From Ferruginibacter sp. (GTDB taxonomy: Bacteria; Bacteroidota; Bacteroidia; Chitinophagales; Chitinophagaceae): 64,000 nucleotides of DNA. Made by a program: the position numbers and the translations under genes. The notes below the pieces were generated by a model. The model was not told the DNA's origin, searched no databases, and saw only the letters and a program-made list of their open reading frames with translations. Shown one piece after another: positions 61,749 through 64,000 of this stretch. The stretch spans positions 15,573-79,572 of the forward strand of contig JBDSIB010000073.1 of assembly GCA_039918155.1 (NCBI GenBank), written 5' to 3'. Numbering within the stretch: the stretch's first letter is position 1; each line of letters begins with the position of its first letter.

Positions 61749-62228
61749 TTATGATAACTCGTAAATAAATTCTTCTATCTCTGTTTGTCTTGCGTTTGCA
61801 AAACCTTTATCTGTACCAACTTTTACAAAGCCACATTTTTCTAAAACCTTTTGTGAACCAATATTGTCAAATGCAGCACGCCCGAAAATGGGTCTTTCGT
61901 TTTCCATGGCCAACAAAGTTTTAAGTGCTGCTGATGCAATTCCCTTACCCCAATAGTTTTTGTCTATCCAATAAGTAATTTCTGTATCGCCGAATATTAT
62001 AAATTTTGCAATACTACCAACGATGGTATCATCCACTATTATTGTCTGGTTATTTATTGTTGGGTCATTCAGATGTTTTGTATATTTTTCTATATAGGCA
62101 GCTCTGTCAGCCGGGTCTTTGGAAGTAAATGCTGCTAAGTAATTAGCTTCTTCATCCAATTGAAACTGAAAGAAAAGATCCAGGTCAGACTCTTTAGATT
62201 TCCGTAGTTTTAATTTTGTATGCTGCAT
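61749..62228 (-). CDS. GNAT family N-acetyltransferase
   Basis: AAFT, YWIDKNYWGKGIA, DNIGSQKVLEKCGF. Confidence 0.9.
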   Translation of the reverse strand: MQHTKLKLRKSKESDLDLFFQFQLDEEANYLAAFTSKDPADRAAYIEKYTKHLNDPTINNQTIIVDDTIVGSIAKFIIFGDTEITYWIDKNYWGKGIASAALKTLLAMENERPIFGRAAFDNIGSQKVLEKCGFVKVGTDKGFANARQTEIEEFIYELS

Positions 62229-62285
62229 AATAATTTTTAGTAATAGCTGTCAATGTAAGAATGGCGAATGGCGGTTTAAAGGCTG

Positions 62286-62711
62286 TTAATTGTTACCCTC
62301 TGCAATTTTCTTTAACGACTGCAATACCGGGTTTTCTTCCCCCTGAGGCGCTTCCTGCACAGCATTAGGCCTGGTATCTTCCTGTATTATTTCAAGCTTT
62401 GTCTGTTCATCTTCGGTTGTAAGAATATAAGACATCATAAAATAATTTTCGGGACTGTCTTCAAGATCTGGCCTGGGTGCAAACAGGCTGTACTTTAATA
62501 ATTCCATTGGTCTCACTTCTAATATTTTTCCCCATTGTTCAAATATCTTTCCTTCCCATTCCGTTCTGAATTTAATATCGCTGCCAACTTCCCAACTTGT
62601 AATTAACTCACTACCATACTGCCAAAGTTTTACCAGTTCCGGTTTTGTCAAAGTATCCCATACTTTACTTTTTGTTGCGTCTATTGTAATAGTTGAAATA
62701 TTTGTTGCCAT
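62286..62711 (-). CDS. SRPBCC/AHSA1 domain protein
   Basis: ITIDA..SKVWDTLT.PELVKLW.YG, WEVGS. Confidence 0.85.
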   Translation of the reverse strand: MATNISTITIDATKSKVWDTLTKPELVKLWQYGSELITSWEVGSDIKFRTEWEGKIFEQWGKILEVRPMELLKYSLFAPRPDLEDSPENYFMMSYILTTEDEQTKLEIIQEDTRPNAVQEAPQGEENPVLQSLKKIAEGNN

Positions 62712-62812
62712 AATTTTATTTATTTCAATATAAATGTATAATTTATTTTAAGATAACTTTTGTCAAAAAACAATGATTTGTTGTGGGTTCATATAGCATC
62801 ATAAATATTGTT

Positions 62813-63367
62813 TTAAATTTCATTCTCGAGTATTGAATAAAAATAATTGTCAACCCATTTTCCTCTGATAGGCAAAATCTCTCTTTTTCTACCTTCATTT
62901 GTCATACCTGCTTTTTCCAAAACCCTAATGGAAGCTAAATTTCCAACAGCACATCCAGCTTCAATTCTATGGAGTTTAAGTGTATGAAATCCGAATTTTA
63001 AAATTTCCAGTAACGCTTCAGTTGTATATCCTGTTTTCCAATAATCAGGATGGGTTTTATACCAAACTTCTGCAATTTTGTAATCAGGCTTTCCGATATT
63101 TAATCCTAGTAATCCAATAAATTTATTTGTTTCAATTAATTTAATACAAAAAACATAAGATATTCTTGGTTGAGCACCTTGTTTTTCCAGCCAGTCCAGA
63201 ATTAAGTTCTTTGTTGCTTCTATCGTTTCCGGAATGCCGAGAGTGTTGAATTCGTCGATTTCAGGAAATGAATGGAGTTGATGAATCTCATCTAAATAAT
63301 CCATGGATAAGTCCTTAATCAATAGACGCTCCGTTCGAAGTTCCATAATTCTATTTTTAGATGGCAT
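62813..63367 (-). CDS. GNAT family N-acetyltransferase (RimJ/RimL-like)
   Basis: TERLLI, YWKTGYTTEA, LHRIEAGC, NLASIRVLEKAGM. Confidence 0.9.
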   Translation of the reverse strand: MPSKNRIMELRTERLLIKDLSMDYLDEIHQLHSFPEIDEFNTLGIPETIEATKNLILDWLEKQGAQPRISYVFCIKLIETNKFIGLLGLNIGKPDYKIAEVWYKTHPDYWKTGYTTEALLEILKFGFHTLKLHRIEAGCAVGNLASIRVLEKAGMTNEGRKREILPIRGKWVDNYFYSILENEI

Positions 63368-63457
63368 AGAATTCTTTTATTTCAGGCACAAGCCATTATC
63401 CAAATTTAAAAACAATATTTATAATAAAATTGTTATAGATATTGTTTATTGCTGAAT

Positions 63458-64000
63458 TTAATTTGATCTGGATGGATTTATCATCTCAATGCCACCAAAA
63501 AATCCCAGCATCGTGTCCAACGCATTTTCACTATGCATCCTTTCTCCATTTTCAAGTGATTCTTTTGCTATGAGTGCCGCTCTTTTCTGCATATTTATTT
63601 CATAATCCGCAATAGCTTCCTGTAAGCTATTATATTTATCAGCCATTAAACATTCACTTAGTTCCAAAGCATCCAGCATCGCCATGTTCACGCCTTCACC
63701 GGCAAAAGGCGGCATTACATGTGCAGCATCACCGAGCATGGTAAGGTTGGGCTGCGATTCCCAGGTTTGATCGAAAGGAATACAATAAATAGGTCGTGGA
63801 ATAAAAGGCGTTTCTGTATTTTCAAAAAGCTCATGCCACTTGCTGCTCCATTCGACATATTGTTTTTTAAACCATTCCAATACCTCTGCTTTATCATAAA
63901 AATTTATGCCGCTGTCTGCTCCCCAATTTTCATCGGCTTTAAAGCTTGCATAAAATCCGATCTCGCCATTTCCTTTTTGTCCCATCAATAAATCTTTCTT
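63458..64000 (-). CDS. FAD-dependent monooxygenase, TetX-like family (3' part; start beyond the window)
   Basis: LGDAAHVMPPFAGEGVNMAMLDA..L and YE..M class A flavin monooxygenase C-terminus. Confidence 0.8.
   Translation of the reverse strand, partial: KKDLLMGQKGNGEIGFYASFKADENWGADSGINFYDKAEVLEWFKKQYVEWSSKWHELFENTETPFIPRPIYCIPFDQTWESQPNLTMLGDAAHVMPPFAGEGVNMAMLDALELSECLMADKYNSLQEAIADYEINMQKRAALIAKESLENGERMHSENALDTMLGFFGGIEMINPSRSN

Noticed and set aside
39150-64000. Prophage or IS-borne island
   Set aside because: No phage structural, integrase or transposase ORF was recognised in the window

Overview
AT-rich Bacteroidota chromosome segment, most likely Chitinophagaceae (inferred from TAnnTTTG-type promoters, a T9SS substrate, sdhCAB style and codon usage). 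About 1-38.9 kb is mostly housekeeping: leuA, smpB, accD, fbaA, cystathionine beta-synthase, S41 protease, sugar kinase-murQ, sdhCAB, holA, ribF and glycoside hydrolases. About 38.9-64 kb is an accessory region of short, unrelated genes (immunity-like proteins, GNATs, VOC, DHFR-like, a TetX-family monooxygenase) separated by degenerate repeat elements with integron-cassette-like GTT/AAC ends; no integrase is visible. The most striking unexplained signal is the ORF-free gap at 9.66-11.27 kb. It holds two paralogous, structured units of about 470-490 nt, each with its own promoter and terminator on the minus strand, one compensatory base-pair change, and repeated CCAA(U)UAUCC motifs. A third, shorter unit carrying the same motif lies at about 12.76-12.90 kb. 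Together they are a candidate undescribed multi-copy ncRNA (protein-sponge-like) system. A second oddity is an array of six palindromes phased at 42 bp upstream of an FN3-domain gene. All calls were made by eye; no database searches or folding computations were run.
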